Positions 37,105-46,125 of a stretch of 64,000 nucleotides of DNA are shown here, one piece after another. Position 1 is the first letter of the stretch. Each line of letters begins with the position of its first letter. Source of the DNA: a virus. Under the pieces are notes generated by a model that saw only the letters and a program-made list of their open reading frames with translations, did no database searches and was not told where the DNA came from. The stretch covers positions 1 to 64,000 of the IMG/VR virus record IMGVR_UViG_3300033148_003376; one strand, written 5' to 3'. A program made the translations under genes and the position numbers.

Positions 37105-37934
37105 ACTCAGTATTTGATAGAGCATTCGAGAAAATCATCGTCACTGAAGGCGGGTATGTCAATAATCCTTTCGATAAAGGATCCGAGACTCGCTATGGTG
37201 TCACCAAGAAAGTCGCCAAGAAACATGGGTACACCGATGATATGAAGGACTTGCCTATTGGTCTCACCAAGTACATTTATAGACATGATTACTGGGACAA
37301 GATGAACCTTGATCGAGTCGTCAATCCCAACTGGGAAGGTTCCGAAGACATCGCACACGAACTCTTCGACTCTGGCGTCAATGTGGGTCCTGGTCTTGCA
37401 TCGAAATGGTTCCAGCGAGCACTAAATCTGCTCAACCGAGACGAAAGAGACTACTCCGATCTCGTCGTTGACGGAGACATAGGAAATTACACCATCAAAA
37501 CGTACAGTAAAGATATGCCTCATAATGCCCTAAGTCTTTACAAGATCTTGAACCTATTCCAAGGAGCCCATTACCTCAGTCTCGCAGAGAAAGACCATTC
37601 TCAGGAGATCTTCATCCGAGGATGGCTCAAAAGAGTCATGGTGAGATCGAGATCGGTGCCGATGATTCCATTTCCAGATGGGTATACGATCGAAGGTGTG
37701 AGCGTCGATATGGATTTACTGGCAGGACGTTGTTTCCGATCTCCGTTTTGTTCGGTCAACGTGTCAGAAAAAAAGATCTCCGTCCAGATTCCAGAGGGAG
37801 ATCTTCTTGTCTTTGAGTCGTCGAATGTTACCAATCTGAGGATTTCAGGACCAAGAACCGCACCATCAAGGACAGTGAGAAATCATCCAGAAGCCTGTGA
37901 TTGTAAAACGTGTAAATTGATGAGGAGTCTCTAG
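37101..37934 (+). CDS. GH108 (TtsA-like) endolysin with peptidoglycan-binding domain
   Basis: EGGYVNNPFDKGSETRYGVT, FDSGVNVG, VDGDIG, FIRGWLKRV. Confidence 0.9.
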   Translation: MNSVFDRAFEKIIVTEGGYVNNPFDKGSETRYGVTKKVAKKHGYTDDMKDLPIGLTKYIYRHDYWDKMNLDRVVNPNWEGSEDIAHELFDSGVNVGPGLASKWFQRALNLLNRDERDYSDLVVDGDIGNYTIKTYSKDMPHNALSLYKILNLFQGAHYLSLAEKDHSQEIFIRGWLKRVMVRSRSVPMIPFPDGYTIEGVSVDMDLLAGRCFRSPFCSVNVSEKKISVQIPEGDLLVFESSNVTNLRISGPRTAPSRTVRNHPEACDCKTCKLMRSL

Positions 37935-37946
37935 ATTACTTTCCCC

Positions 37947-37985
37947 TTGACAAACATACTTTATTTTGTTATACTTAAAGAGTAG
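37947..37985 (+). promoter_or_regulatory. Early promoter cassette, diverged copy
   Basis: TTGACAAAC...TTTGTTATACTTAAAGAGT. Confidence 0.85.
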
Positions 37986-38004
37986 AGTCAAGAGGGAGGA
38001 AATC

Positions 38005-38268
38005 ATGGCGGGTCAAAAAAGTGCAGAAACAAAGAGAATCGAGAAGTGTTACAGAAACACTCTGAGGTTCGAAAAGCTCTGGAGCGATTACATCGACGCT
38101 CTGACCGAGCTGAAAGAGGTAATGGAAACTCCGCTGTATGTAAGAAGGGGTCGTTTTGAGGTCGCGAATGGACATGTAGCACGGACTCGTCGAGGTATCC
38201 GAACCAGGATCGAAAAACTCAGGACAAGGCTGAATGAGAAATATGACATGAAGCTATCGGAGGAATGA
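38005..38268 (+). CDS. Hypothetical basic protein
   Basis: GGAGGA RBS after the promoter. Confidence 0.65.
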   Translation: MAGQKSAETKRIEKCYRNTLRFEKLWSDYIDALTELKEVMETPLYVRRGRFEVANGHVARTRRGIRTRIEKLRTRLNEKYDMKLSEE

Positions 38269-38274
38269 GGAATC

Positions 38275-38961
38275 GTGGCGAGAAAAAAGAAGAAAGACGA
38301 CATCGTCATAATCAGTAGCGAGTGTACCTCGTTTGGAGATATCGAGCACTACACGAAAACAGTAAGACTGCACAAGTCACTAGGCTCTTTCTATCTCGAT
38401 CTCCCACCAGAAGCACAGAGCATCCTCAAAGAAACATATATCGATGACACGGAATTGAAAAGACTCGAACACAAATATCAACAGCGTCTTCATACATACG
38501 CCAACGCGACCCAAAAAGAACGAGAGGTTATCGTATATTGTCTACAGGCAGACCTTGACCACAAAACTGCATCAGATGCTGGATTTGGAAGTAAAGACGG
38601 AAACTCTTTGCATGAAGTAGATGGTGGCTGGCAAGAACCGGATTCGATGAAGTTGAGATTTGCTTACGCAGCAATGATCGAGACGTCTTGTTCAACCTGG
38701 GATCTGAACAAGTATCATCTGGACACGACCAAAAATAATCCTATACGATCATCACTGTGCATGGATCCAAGTGAAGTCTCGACAAGGGAACGACAAGACG
38801 GGTTCGTCGTCATTCCCTATAATGAACAAGTATTCCGGGGATTTCAAGAGATCGAGAAGAAGCTGAAGGAATTGATAGTCGGTCTGAAGATCTTGACAAA
38901 GGATCCGGATAGGCTACTTGAAGGGGTGCAGAAGTTACTCGGAGATAGTCAGAAACACTGA
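38275..38961 (+). CDS. Hypothetical protein
   Basis: 228 aa; last + strand gene. Confidence 0.65.
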   Translation: MARKKKKDDIVIISSECTSFGDIEHYTKTVRLHKSLGSFYLDLPPEAQSILKETYIDDTELKRLEHKYQQRLHTYANATQKEREVIVYCLQADLDHKTASDAGFGSKDGNSLHEVDGGWQEPDSMKLRFAYAAMIETSCSTWDLNKYHLDTTKNNPIRSSLCMDPSEVSTRERQDGFVVIPYNEQVFRGFQEIEKKLKELIVGLKILTKDPDRLLEGVQKLLGDSQKH

Positions 38962-38971
38962 AACGACGTCA

Positions 38972-39544
38972 TCAATCGATCACGTTCAATTCACTCTCGA
39001 CGAGAACAGGATCCCTGAACCCTGCAGGATGGGTACCGAAGTCAACATATCCACGAATATCCTGTTTCAGACCCAATCTCATGTATTCAGTATCAGTGTC
39101 AGGAAGAATTACCTGGACGAATCCTACGGCAAGAGGTTCGGTTCCTTCTACCTTCTTGTATGAATCGATCCCACCCGCGAGCGTTACCTGTGATGATGTC
39201 AATATTACAGACTCATCTGCAGCATCGCTCTCAGCAGTATTCGTCGGGTTTGCCGTATTCCACTCGTTCAAAACAGCGGTGATCGTCTTGATCCCATCGA
39301 ACTCAAGTACGATATCGTTTCCCGCCGCACCCGCAACAACAGCGGAAAACGTCACCTCTTCATAGAGACACTCAGCGGTTTCCGCTGCTATGGTAGAATC
39401 GTCGATGACTACCTTCCCGCTTTGCTTTGGAAACTCCAAAGTAATCTTGTCGGCTTCAGGAAGCCTTATATACGGGTCGCCGTTTGGACGACGCAATTTC
39501 AAGACAAATCTCTTGTCTGTACCTCGAACGATAGTAATTGGCAT
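38972..39544 (-). CDS. Virion/baseplate-associated protein with inserted module
   Basis: MPITIVRGTD N-terminus; FDGIKTI..WNTANP module shared with 54258. Confidence 0.65.
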   Translation of the reverse strand: MPITIVRGTDKRFVLKLRRPNGDPYIRLPEADKITLEFPKQSGKVVIDDSTIAAETAECLYEEVTFSAVVAGAAGNDIVLEFDGIKTITAVLNEWNTANPTNTAESDAADESVILTSSQVTLAGGIDSYKKVEGTEPLAVGFVQVILPDTDTEYMRLGLKQDIRGYVDFGTHPAGFRDPVLVESELNVID

Positions 39545-39576
39545 TATGACATTCCTTTTGACACGTCGTGATTTGT

Positions 39577-40113
39577 CTATGCTAACCCAGTGATATCTTC
39601 GTCCTCGATGGATCCGATGATAGTCTCCTCTAGCGAGTTTATGACACCGTGTACTTCCTCGTCGTCGAAGATAATACCTACGATCTCCTCGATGTCTTCT
39701 TCACGAGCAATGCCGATAACCGATTCATCGTCGACAATGCCTATAACGTTTTCAGAACAAAGCGAGATGAACGACGACGACTGTGCTTTCAGCTTTTCGA
39801 TCTCTTCGAGAATATGTGACGAAGCCGTATCATATCGATAAATATCTTCCCCGGCATTGTATGTGATATCTCGTTCCGTATACCCGGCGTCACGAAAGAT
39901 CTCATAAACAGCTCTGATCTCAAAGACGTCCGGAGGGAAAACAAGAGCTGACTCATGGAAATATGAATAAGTCCCATCTCCGTTTCCAGCCATGGGAATA
40001 GGATCTGGTTTCCAAAGGGATCCGTCCGGTGCTTTGAGACGTGCTCGAACAAACCTATTGGTTTCGAGATGGCCAAGAACGAGATGTAAAACGATTGGAT
40101 CCCCGGCTTGCAT
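39577..40113 (-). CDS. Hypothetical late protein, acidic C-terminus
   Basis: Late operon. Confidence 0.6.
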   Translation of the reverse strand: MQAGDPIVLHLVLGHLETNRFVRARLKAPDGSLWKPDPIPMAGNGDGTYSYFHESALVFPPDVFEIRAVYEIFRDAGYTERDITYNAGEDIYRYDTASSHILEEIEKLKAQSSSFISLCSENVIGIVDDESVIGIAREEDIEEIVGIIFDDEEVHGVINSLEETIIGSIEDEDITGLA

Positions 40114-40809
40114 CTAGTTTTCCTCATGCCCTATCGTTCTCGCCTTTACTCGACAATTGTCATCTCCAACTGATCCGCTGACATTCAAACGGATTGTCGG
40201 ATCTATTCCATCTCCAGCGTCCGTGTCGATATGTCCTTGATAGCTGCAGCATTCGTGGAATGGTTCCACTCCTACGGCATAGACACCACCGATTGCCTTC
40301 CATTCATCGTTTAATTTTATCTCAATTTCAGCGCAGAGATTCTTGCCAGGTTCATTGATGTATCCATATAGGATGATATCCGTGATGTCTACGTGCTTAC
40401 CATCTGCCGGTGTCCATATATCCTTGATTTCTGCCTTATCGGTATTAGCTCCTTTAATCTCTGAATAATCCTTCCGGATATGAATGTTCGCGTACTTATT
40501 GGAGTCATGTGTAGGATTGTTAAAATTTCCAGGATTGTTCTTGTCTTCATAAAGTGGTTTACTTTCACGAACAATATTTCCTTTTAACCACTTGTCTCCC
40601 TCTGCAGGATCTGTCAAATCTTCGGTTCCATCGGTAATCAGTATCTTTGCCGGATTTGACCAAAGATGTTGATTCACCTTCGAGTTATTAGCGAATGCTT
40701 CGCGTTCGAATTCCGTTTGGATCGTATAGTATTCACCAGGCTGAATAACATGGGTTAAATAGTCGTCTTCTATCTCTTGTATATTTTTAACTTTGACCGT
40801 ATCGTTCAT
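40114..40809 (-). CDS. Putative virion protein
   Basis: Late operon. Confidence 0.6.
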   Translation of the reverse strand: MNDTVKVKNIQEIEDDYLTHVIQPGEYYTIQTEFEREAFANNSKVNQHLWSNPAKILITDGTEDLTDPAEGDKWLKGNIVRESKPLYEDKNNPGNFNNPTHDSNKYANIHIRKDYSEIKGANTDKAEIKDIWTPADGKHVDITDIILYGYINEPGKNLCAEIEIKLNDEWKAIGGVYAVGVEPFHECCSYQGHIDTDAGDGIDPTIRLNVSGSVGDDNCRVKARTIGHEEN

Positions 40810-40812
40810 CTG

Positions 40813-41637
40813 CTACCTTTTCGCTACAATTACTTTGATTTTCGTTTTAGCTGGTTTAAGTCCGCTTTTATATGTGATTCTACAACCTAAACCATCACCT
40901 GCATCAAGGCTGATATTGAGTTCTTTATTGAGATATCCACGATCCCCACTGATTACATCAGGAGCTGAATCACTGTCGTATATTAGAGTGATAGTATCAT
41001 CCATTTTAGCTTTATATATTCTAACTCTGAAAATTCCGGTTTTATGTCCAATGCTATTTGACCAGGCAAATCGTCTGAAGTATATGTCATAAGCTGTTGG
41101 CTCGTATACATCGTTAGATGCTACATTGAAAAAAGACTGTAAATAATCGTCCTGGATGTTATTGGACTGAGTACCGAATTCAAATGAATCGGTATCATTT
41201 TCAATGGCACCGGACTTGGCATACTCAATAGCATGTTGTGCGGTATTTGCTGGTAGTGGCCAACCAAGGTATGTGTTTTCAAAACCGATGATCTGGGTAC
41301 CAGCCCGGTAGTAGATCTCACCGTTACCACTGGTCGCATCGAGTATGGCTTCTTTGACTTTTAATATGAACCACGATTGGCCAGAACCGACGACTTCGTC
41401 AATCGTGTAAACCCCGGTAGCCACTCCAGTTGTGATTTTCAACCAATCCCATTCAGCGACTTGGGGAAGCTTGAAATCGACACTTGTAACGAACGTGACA
41501 GTCTTCGTCGCTGCTACAACAGATACTATGGTCAGTGATGGCTGAAATGGAGAATGAGCGAACCCTTGAGACCAGAGTTCGTCCTCGTCGACCATAGAAA
41601 GATCGGCCATGTCTTGTTTGTTGAGACGATTGACCAT
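40813..41637 (-). CDS. Putative virion/fibre-associated protein
   Basis: Beta-rich; NTAQHAIE. Confidence 0.6.
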   Translation of the reverse strand: MVNRLNKQDMADLSMVDEDELWSQGFAHSPFQPSLTIVSVVAATKTVTFVTSVDFKLPQVAEWDWLKITTGVATGVYTIDEVVGSGQSWFILKVKEAILDATSGNGEIYYRAGTQIIGFENTYLGWPLPANTAQHAIEYAKSGAIENDTDSFEFGTQSNNIQDDYLQSFFNVASNDVYEPTAYDIYFRRFAWSNSIGHKTGIFRVRIYKAKMDDTITLIYDSDSAPDVISGDRGYLNKELNISLDAGDGLGCRITYKSGLKPAKTKIKVIVAKR

Positions 41638-42044
41638 TACTTCTTGGTGGTCCTTTTACACGGAGTGACCTTCTTCTTGGTCACCGGTTTCTTCGTCGGT
41701 GCTTTCTTCTGTGCTGTCAGACGATTCTTCTCAGCCTCGTACTTTTTCCGATCATCGCGCTCTTTGAGTTCCTTGTCGATGAAATTCTGAACAGCTCTTT
41801 GAACTTCGAGAGCTTGTGCGATGTAGACTTCACCTTTGGCAATGTTGAGTGCAAGTTGACGATTGGTATTTTCGAGTTTCACCGCAAAGGATCTGGCATA
41901 ACTTTCGAACACACAAATCGAACCGACATCGAGAACACCCAAATCCTTTGCTTTTTCGAGCGTCCGTTTGAGCGTTCCTATGTTCGCATTGAACTTGTAC
42001 AGGTCAAAACTCGGAACCGCTTGTGGTTGTCTTCCATCTGCCAT
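41637..42044 (-). CDS. Hypothetical coiled-coil protein with basic tail
   Basis: GGGAG RBS. Confidence 0.6.
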   Translation of the reverse strand: MADGRQPQAVPSFDLYKFNANIGTLKRTLEKAKDLGVLDVGSICVFESYARSFAVKLENTNRQLALNIAKGEVYIAQALEVQRAVQNFIDKELKERDDRKKYEAEKNRLTAQKKAPTKKPVTKKKVTPCKRTTKK

Positions 42045-42065
42045 GCCATTAATCTCCCATCCAGC

Positions 42066-42085
42066 GGGTGGACCGAAGTCCACCC
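42066..42085 (-). other. cUUCGg tetraloop hairpin
   Basis: GGGTGGAC-TTCG-GTCCACCC on - strand, no U tract. Confidence 0.7.
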
Positions 42086-42096
42086 TATGTTACTTA

Positions 42097-43983
42097 TCAA
42101 GTGTCATCGTAAATGCGAAGAACAACGACTTCACCAGGATTGACTTGAGTCCAGAAACGAATCTGGGTATTGGACACTTCTTCATACTGTTGGTCATCGA
42201 GTACCGCACTCGTATCGTGAACCAAATCGCGACCACGGAGATCGACACTCATATGGAGACCGCGATATCCAGTATCCATCTTGTAGGTCGAGACGGACGG
42301 ATCAGAACCAGTGGCAAATGGAATCGTCCAGGCTGTTCCTTTGGGGATTGGAGTTCCTACCGGTACCACGTAGATGATCTTGGTCATGACCATTCCACCA
42401 GACGCTCGCTTGTCGAGTTCGTTGATGGAAGACGTGACTGTTTCACCATCGGTGACGACGTTGTTCTCGTCATACGTCAGATTTCCGATGATATCATTTA
42501 GGGCATTGAAAGCGTCTTCGGCTGTGTCAGGATCGTCCTTGAATGCGTAGAAATCGGTGGTATTGTTCCAATCCCAATCACCAGCGACTTCACCGTCTGC
42601 AACACCGAGCATCGACCACAGATGTTGCATCTCCTCGTGGGATTCGGCGTCACCCAAGACGCTTCCGATCCACTGACGACGACCATCGGCTTCGTCTCTC
42701 TCGATCCATTTGATTCGTTTTGGCAGAAGGAAGAAGATCGACGTCGGATCTGGATCGTCGCCGGTCATATCGAGAGTATAAGCGCCAGACGCGTCAAACA
42801 ACTTGACTTGAACGTCGGTACCTTCACCGAGAGCGGTATAGGTATAGACGATGCCTTCGACAACTCCGAAAAGCTGGAGAGTAGCATCGTTACCGGATGG
42901 AACCTGGAGTTCGACCTCGCTTGCTCCCGTGATGACTAGCTGTCCAGAAACATCGACTGCAGGTGTACCAGCGAGAGCCGCATTGATATTAGAAATCACG
43001 GTAGCAAGGGAATATGACCCACCGACACCAAGATCTCCCGTTACGTCGACCTCGACTGCGCCAGCGTCGTCGACATCTACCTTGATATTGTAATTGCTCG
43101 TATCGAGAGCGGCGAGGTTCAAACCCTTGCCATAGACAGCCGCGTAGGTCGAATCGGCACCGTCGATAAGCTTGCCAAAGACTACCGACCCGTTGGAACC
43201 GAGAAATTCTTCTTTGGAAACCATGTCGATGACATCGACTTTGACGTACTTATCAGCCGCGCCTTCATCGTGATAGGTATTTCCAGCCGATTCGAAGATG
43301 AGTAGACCGCGACGATCGGCCGCGTCCGCGTATCCAAGATCGCTTTTGACCTGGACAGTGCCATCTCCCTGTTTGACTGGGTAAGACGCTCCGTCGTTAT
43401 CGTAGATGACCGGCTGAAGATCGGTTTGGGTTCCGAGCCAGTTATCAGCCAGAACCTTGAGAGACAGCTTCTCGTTCTTGACTGAACCTGCGTCGGTATC
43501 AGCGGCGTCAAAACCACGCGGCATTGGTTGTGCCCAGATAGGAGACCCGTGAGTCGGATCAATGATCTCAGCAAGCTGGGTCATGACCAGATTTTCTTGG
43601 TCTTCCATGTTGGGTTCGTTATGGATTTTCCACGCGAGACCCGATTCACTTGCAGCGAGATCCGGAGAAATCGATACATTTGATGCATCAATCCAGCCGG
43701 TGATCTTGTAGAATCCGGCATTTCCGACACCTGACGTCGGGATGTAGATCCATTTTTGAACATGTGCTCGGGTGAATCCAGCCAGTGTAGTATCCCGGAA
43801 TTTACCGAGATCCGCACCGTCAGAACCGTTAGCGCCTGTCAGGATCGAAATCCCGACTTTTTCCGCGATGATAGCTTTTTCAGCTTCGGTGATATCATCC
43901 TTGTAATTGACGTTCGAAGAAACGTCTTCCCGCGGATTCACTCTGTTCGCAAGTTCTTCGGTGTGTACTCCTGAAAAAGCCAT
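42097..43983 (-). CDS. Virion structural protein
   Basis: 628 aa, acidic and Gly-rich; late operon. Confidence 0.7.
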   Translation of the reverse strand: MAFSGVHTEELANRVNPREDVSSNVNYKDDITEAEKAIIAEKVGISILTGANGSDGADLGKFRDTTLAGFTRAHVQKWIYIPTSGVGNAGFYKITGWIDASNVSISPDLAASESGLAWKIHNEPNMEDQENLVMTQLAEIIDPTHGSPIWAQPMPRGFDAADTDAGSVKNEKLSLKVLADNWLGTQTDLQPVIYDNDGASYPVKQGDGTVQVKSDLGYADAADRRGLLIFESAGNTYHDEGAADKYVKVDVIDMVSKEEFLGSNGSVVFGKLIDGADSTYAAVYGKGLNLAALDTSNYNIKVDVDDAGAVEVDVTGDLGVGGSYSLATVISNINAALAGTPAVDVSGQLVITGASEVELQVPSGNDATLQLFGVVEGIVYTYTALGEGTDVQVKLFDASGAYTLDMTGDDPDPTSIFFLLPKRIKWIERDEADGRRQWIGSVLGDAESHEEMQHLWSMLGVADGEVAGDWDWNNTTDFYAFKDDPDTAEDAFNALNDIIGNLTYDENNVVTDGETVTSSINELDKRASGGMVMTKIIYVVPVGTPIPKGTAWTIPFATGSDPSVSTYKMDTGYRGLHMSVDLRGRDLVHDTSAVLDDQQYEEVSNTQIRFWTQVNPGEVVVLRIYDDT

Positions 43984-44005
43984 GACGATCCCCCGTCGAA
44001 GTGAT

Positions 44006-44284
44006 TTATACTCGTGTAAAGTTATTCATCCACAGAAAATCCTGTGGATATGGTGGTCTGTAGAAGTCTATCGCAGTGCCAGTTTTATCCGTATGGATTA
44101 CATCGAAATCGATACCATCATACATCTCTCGACCGTTTCGTATGATCATAGGACGAACATACTCAGCCGGATCGTAATAAAATGAAAATGGTGGCGTGAA
44201 CAGCGTGTTCGTTTCGTCCTTGTCCCCACTCAGTGGAACGTTGTTTAGGAGTGCGAACGCGCCAATTTTCTGTGCAACAGCCAA
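44006..44284 (-). CDS. Small virion protein
   Basis: GDKDETNTLF...RNGREM...DF. Confidence 0.6.
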   Translation of the reverse strand: MAVAQKIGAFALLNNVPLSGDKDETNTLFTPPFSFYYDPAEYVRPMIIRNGREMYDGIDFDVIHTDKTGTAIDFYRPPYPQDFLWMNNFTRV

Positions 44285-44287
44285 TGG

Positions 44288-44602
44288 TCATAAGCCTTTT
44301 GGTCTTTTCTTTTTGTTTTTGGAATTCTTTCGGATCTCGTCTATCTCGGAGACAGCTTCGTCGTGTCTGTCTTGGATCTCTTCGTTTGTTGTGACAGTCG
44401 ACGACTGGTCTTCTATCTTTTTTTCGTCGGTTTGTTTTTTGATGTAAGCTTTGTTTTGCTTGTATTTCAGGTATCCGAATACGAGGAAAAATAAACCTAC
44501 GATCCCAGCAATAACAACGCCTGACCATCCAGACGAAAATGTGTCTGACAATTTCCCGAGTACAGTTTCGAAATCTGTTCCATTCACAGTGCCCACTCCC
44601 AT
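44288..44602 (-). CDS. Single-TM protein with coiled coil (i-spanin-like?)
   Basis: TM segment VVIAGIVGLFFLVFGY followed by a charged helix. Confidence 0.5.
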   Translation of the reverse strand: MGVGTVNGTDFETVLGKLSDTFSSGWSGVVIAGIVGLFFLVFGYLKYKQNKAYIKKQTDEKKIEDQSSTVTTNEEIQDRHDEAVSEIDEIRKNSKNKKKRPKGL

Positions 44603-45513
44603 GTACCTCGATCGTACGTACCGATGACGAGTCGTCCTTTGATAGTGATAAGTCGTAGTGTGTATTTTTCGTCTACTTTGAACTTTTTGAACGTCACCGA
44701 GTTCGTGATCGCGTAACGGCGATTGAGAACAACAATCGAAACAGCTTCATCACCGTAAACGGACAGACTGTCGTTTTCTATTTTTATATCTGGAATTGGG
44801 AGAGGGATGTAATCCTTATTGTACTTTGCGACCAATACAGTAAAGAGATGGTCGGCGTACACCGGAGAAATGACGACGCCTTCAAGAATACACGGCGTCA
44901 TTACTGTCTGAGAAACGACATCATTGATATCGACTTCAACGAAGCCTTCTTCAAGAGGATACTTTTCATTGTATGACTTCCCACATCCTCGGAAGTAAAC
45001 ATCTACCTCTCCATCACCACCGATTTTCATTTTAAGGAGTTTAGACAAGGTTCCGGGAGTCTTGAAAATGTCTCCGGTCCAATCGTCTCCTTCGTCAACT
45101 GCTTTGATGGTGATATGACCTTGCATCGAGCGAACGATGAGTTTACTCTTATGCTGCTTAGGCAACACTGGAGTCATCGTCACTGTGATAGTACAGCTTT
45201 TGTTGGCCTTGCCTTGCAATGGGATCTTGATGTACTGGGATCTTCGATAGTTCTTGAGAAAATCGACACTACAGGCTTTTGAGTAGGCTCTTAGTGTGCC
45301 CTTGTAATAGGCATAGACTGAGATCTTTACCTTTGAAAGATCCGATCCCGTCTCGACCTTGCATAAGGCAAGACCGTTTGAGATCTTGCCACATGCAGAG
45401 ATTTCGAGAGTAGGAAAATTCGCGTCAATGGATGAGATGACAGGATCGTCACTGAGACGTGCCAGACATCCATTGAACACGAGAAAAATGAGAACGGTCG
45501 TGAGTATTCTCAC
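44584..45513 (-). CDS. Putative lipoprotein
   Basis: GTG start; RILTTVLIFLVFNGC signal with Cys; paired Cys. Confidence 0.55.
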   Translation of the reverse strand: MRILTTVLIFLVFNGCLARLSDDPVISSIDANFPTLEISACGKISNGLALCKVETGSDLSKVKISVYAYYKGTLRAYSKACSVDFLKNYRRSQYIKIPLQGKANKSCTITVTMTPVLPKQHKSKLIVRSMQGHITIKAVDEGDDWTGDIFKTPGTLSKLLKMKIGGDGEVDVYFRGCGKSYNEKYPLEEGFVEVDINDVVSQTVMTPCILEGVVISPVYADHLFTVLVAKYNKDYIPLPIPDIKIENDSLSVYGDEAVSIVVLNRRYAITNSVTFKKFKVDEKYTLRLITIKGRLVIGTYDRGTWEWAL

Positions 45514-45983
45514 TTCGTCTCCTCCGGTTTTTTGAGCCATTTACCAACCCAGTCGAGAAATCCGCCTACTTTCGGACCCACACCCGGGATCTCTTTGACG
45601 GCCTTGAAAAGCTGGTGAAGAGCCATGGCACCTACACCGGTTGTCATCGTAAGAATGACTGCATTTGCGGACCAGTCTGTGACACCGAGAAGCACAACAG
45701 CGAGTGAGAGTAATGCTGGGACTAGGAACTTGATGTACTTCGGGAATTTGTCCCAAAGGTATTTCCGAAAGAGACTGTTTTTGATGAGTCCGATGAAAAC
45801 GACGATGACTGCCGAGAGACCCGCTTGCCATCCGAGACTTTGCCAGGTATAGACAGCCTGGATAGATCCATCGAGAATCTCGTCGACAGGAAAACCCTGT
45901 TCTACTGTCTGTGCCAGAATTGTAATGGGTGTAAGGATTGCGACTATCACCAGAGTGAGAAGAGAGAAGAGTCTTGTTTTCAT
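45510..45983 (-). CDS. Multi-TM membrane protein (holin-like)
   Basis: N-terminal hydrophobic segment plus about 3 further TM segments. Confidence 0.55.
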   Translation of the reverse strand: MKTRLFSLLTLVIVAILTPITILAQTVEQGFPVDEILDGSIQAVYTWQSLGWQAGLSAVIVVFIGLIKNSLFRKYLWDKFPKYIKFLVPALLSLAVVLLGVTDWSANAVILTMTTGVGAMALHQLFKAVKEIPGVGPKVGGFLDWVGKWLKKPEETK

Positions 45984-46125
45984 GTATGTCCTCCTGGATA
46001 ATGTTTTCAAATTAACAATAAAACATAAAAATTTATTCTATGGTACGTCACCGAGTACCAGCCAAGACGTGAAGATGAATCCGATACCTGGTAATGTCGA
46101 AAAGTGTTATTTTTTTTTGTTTCTG

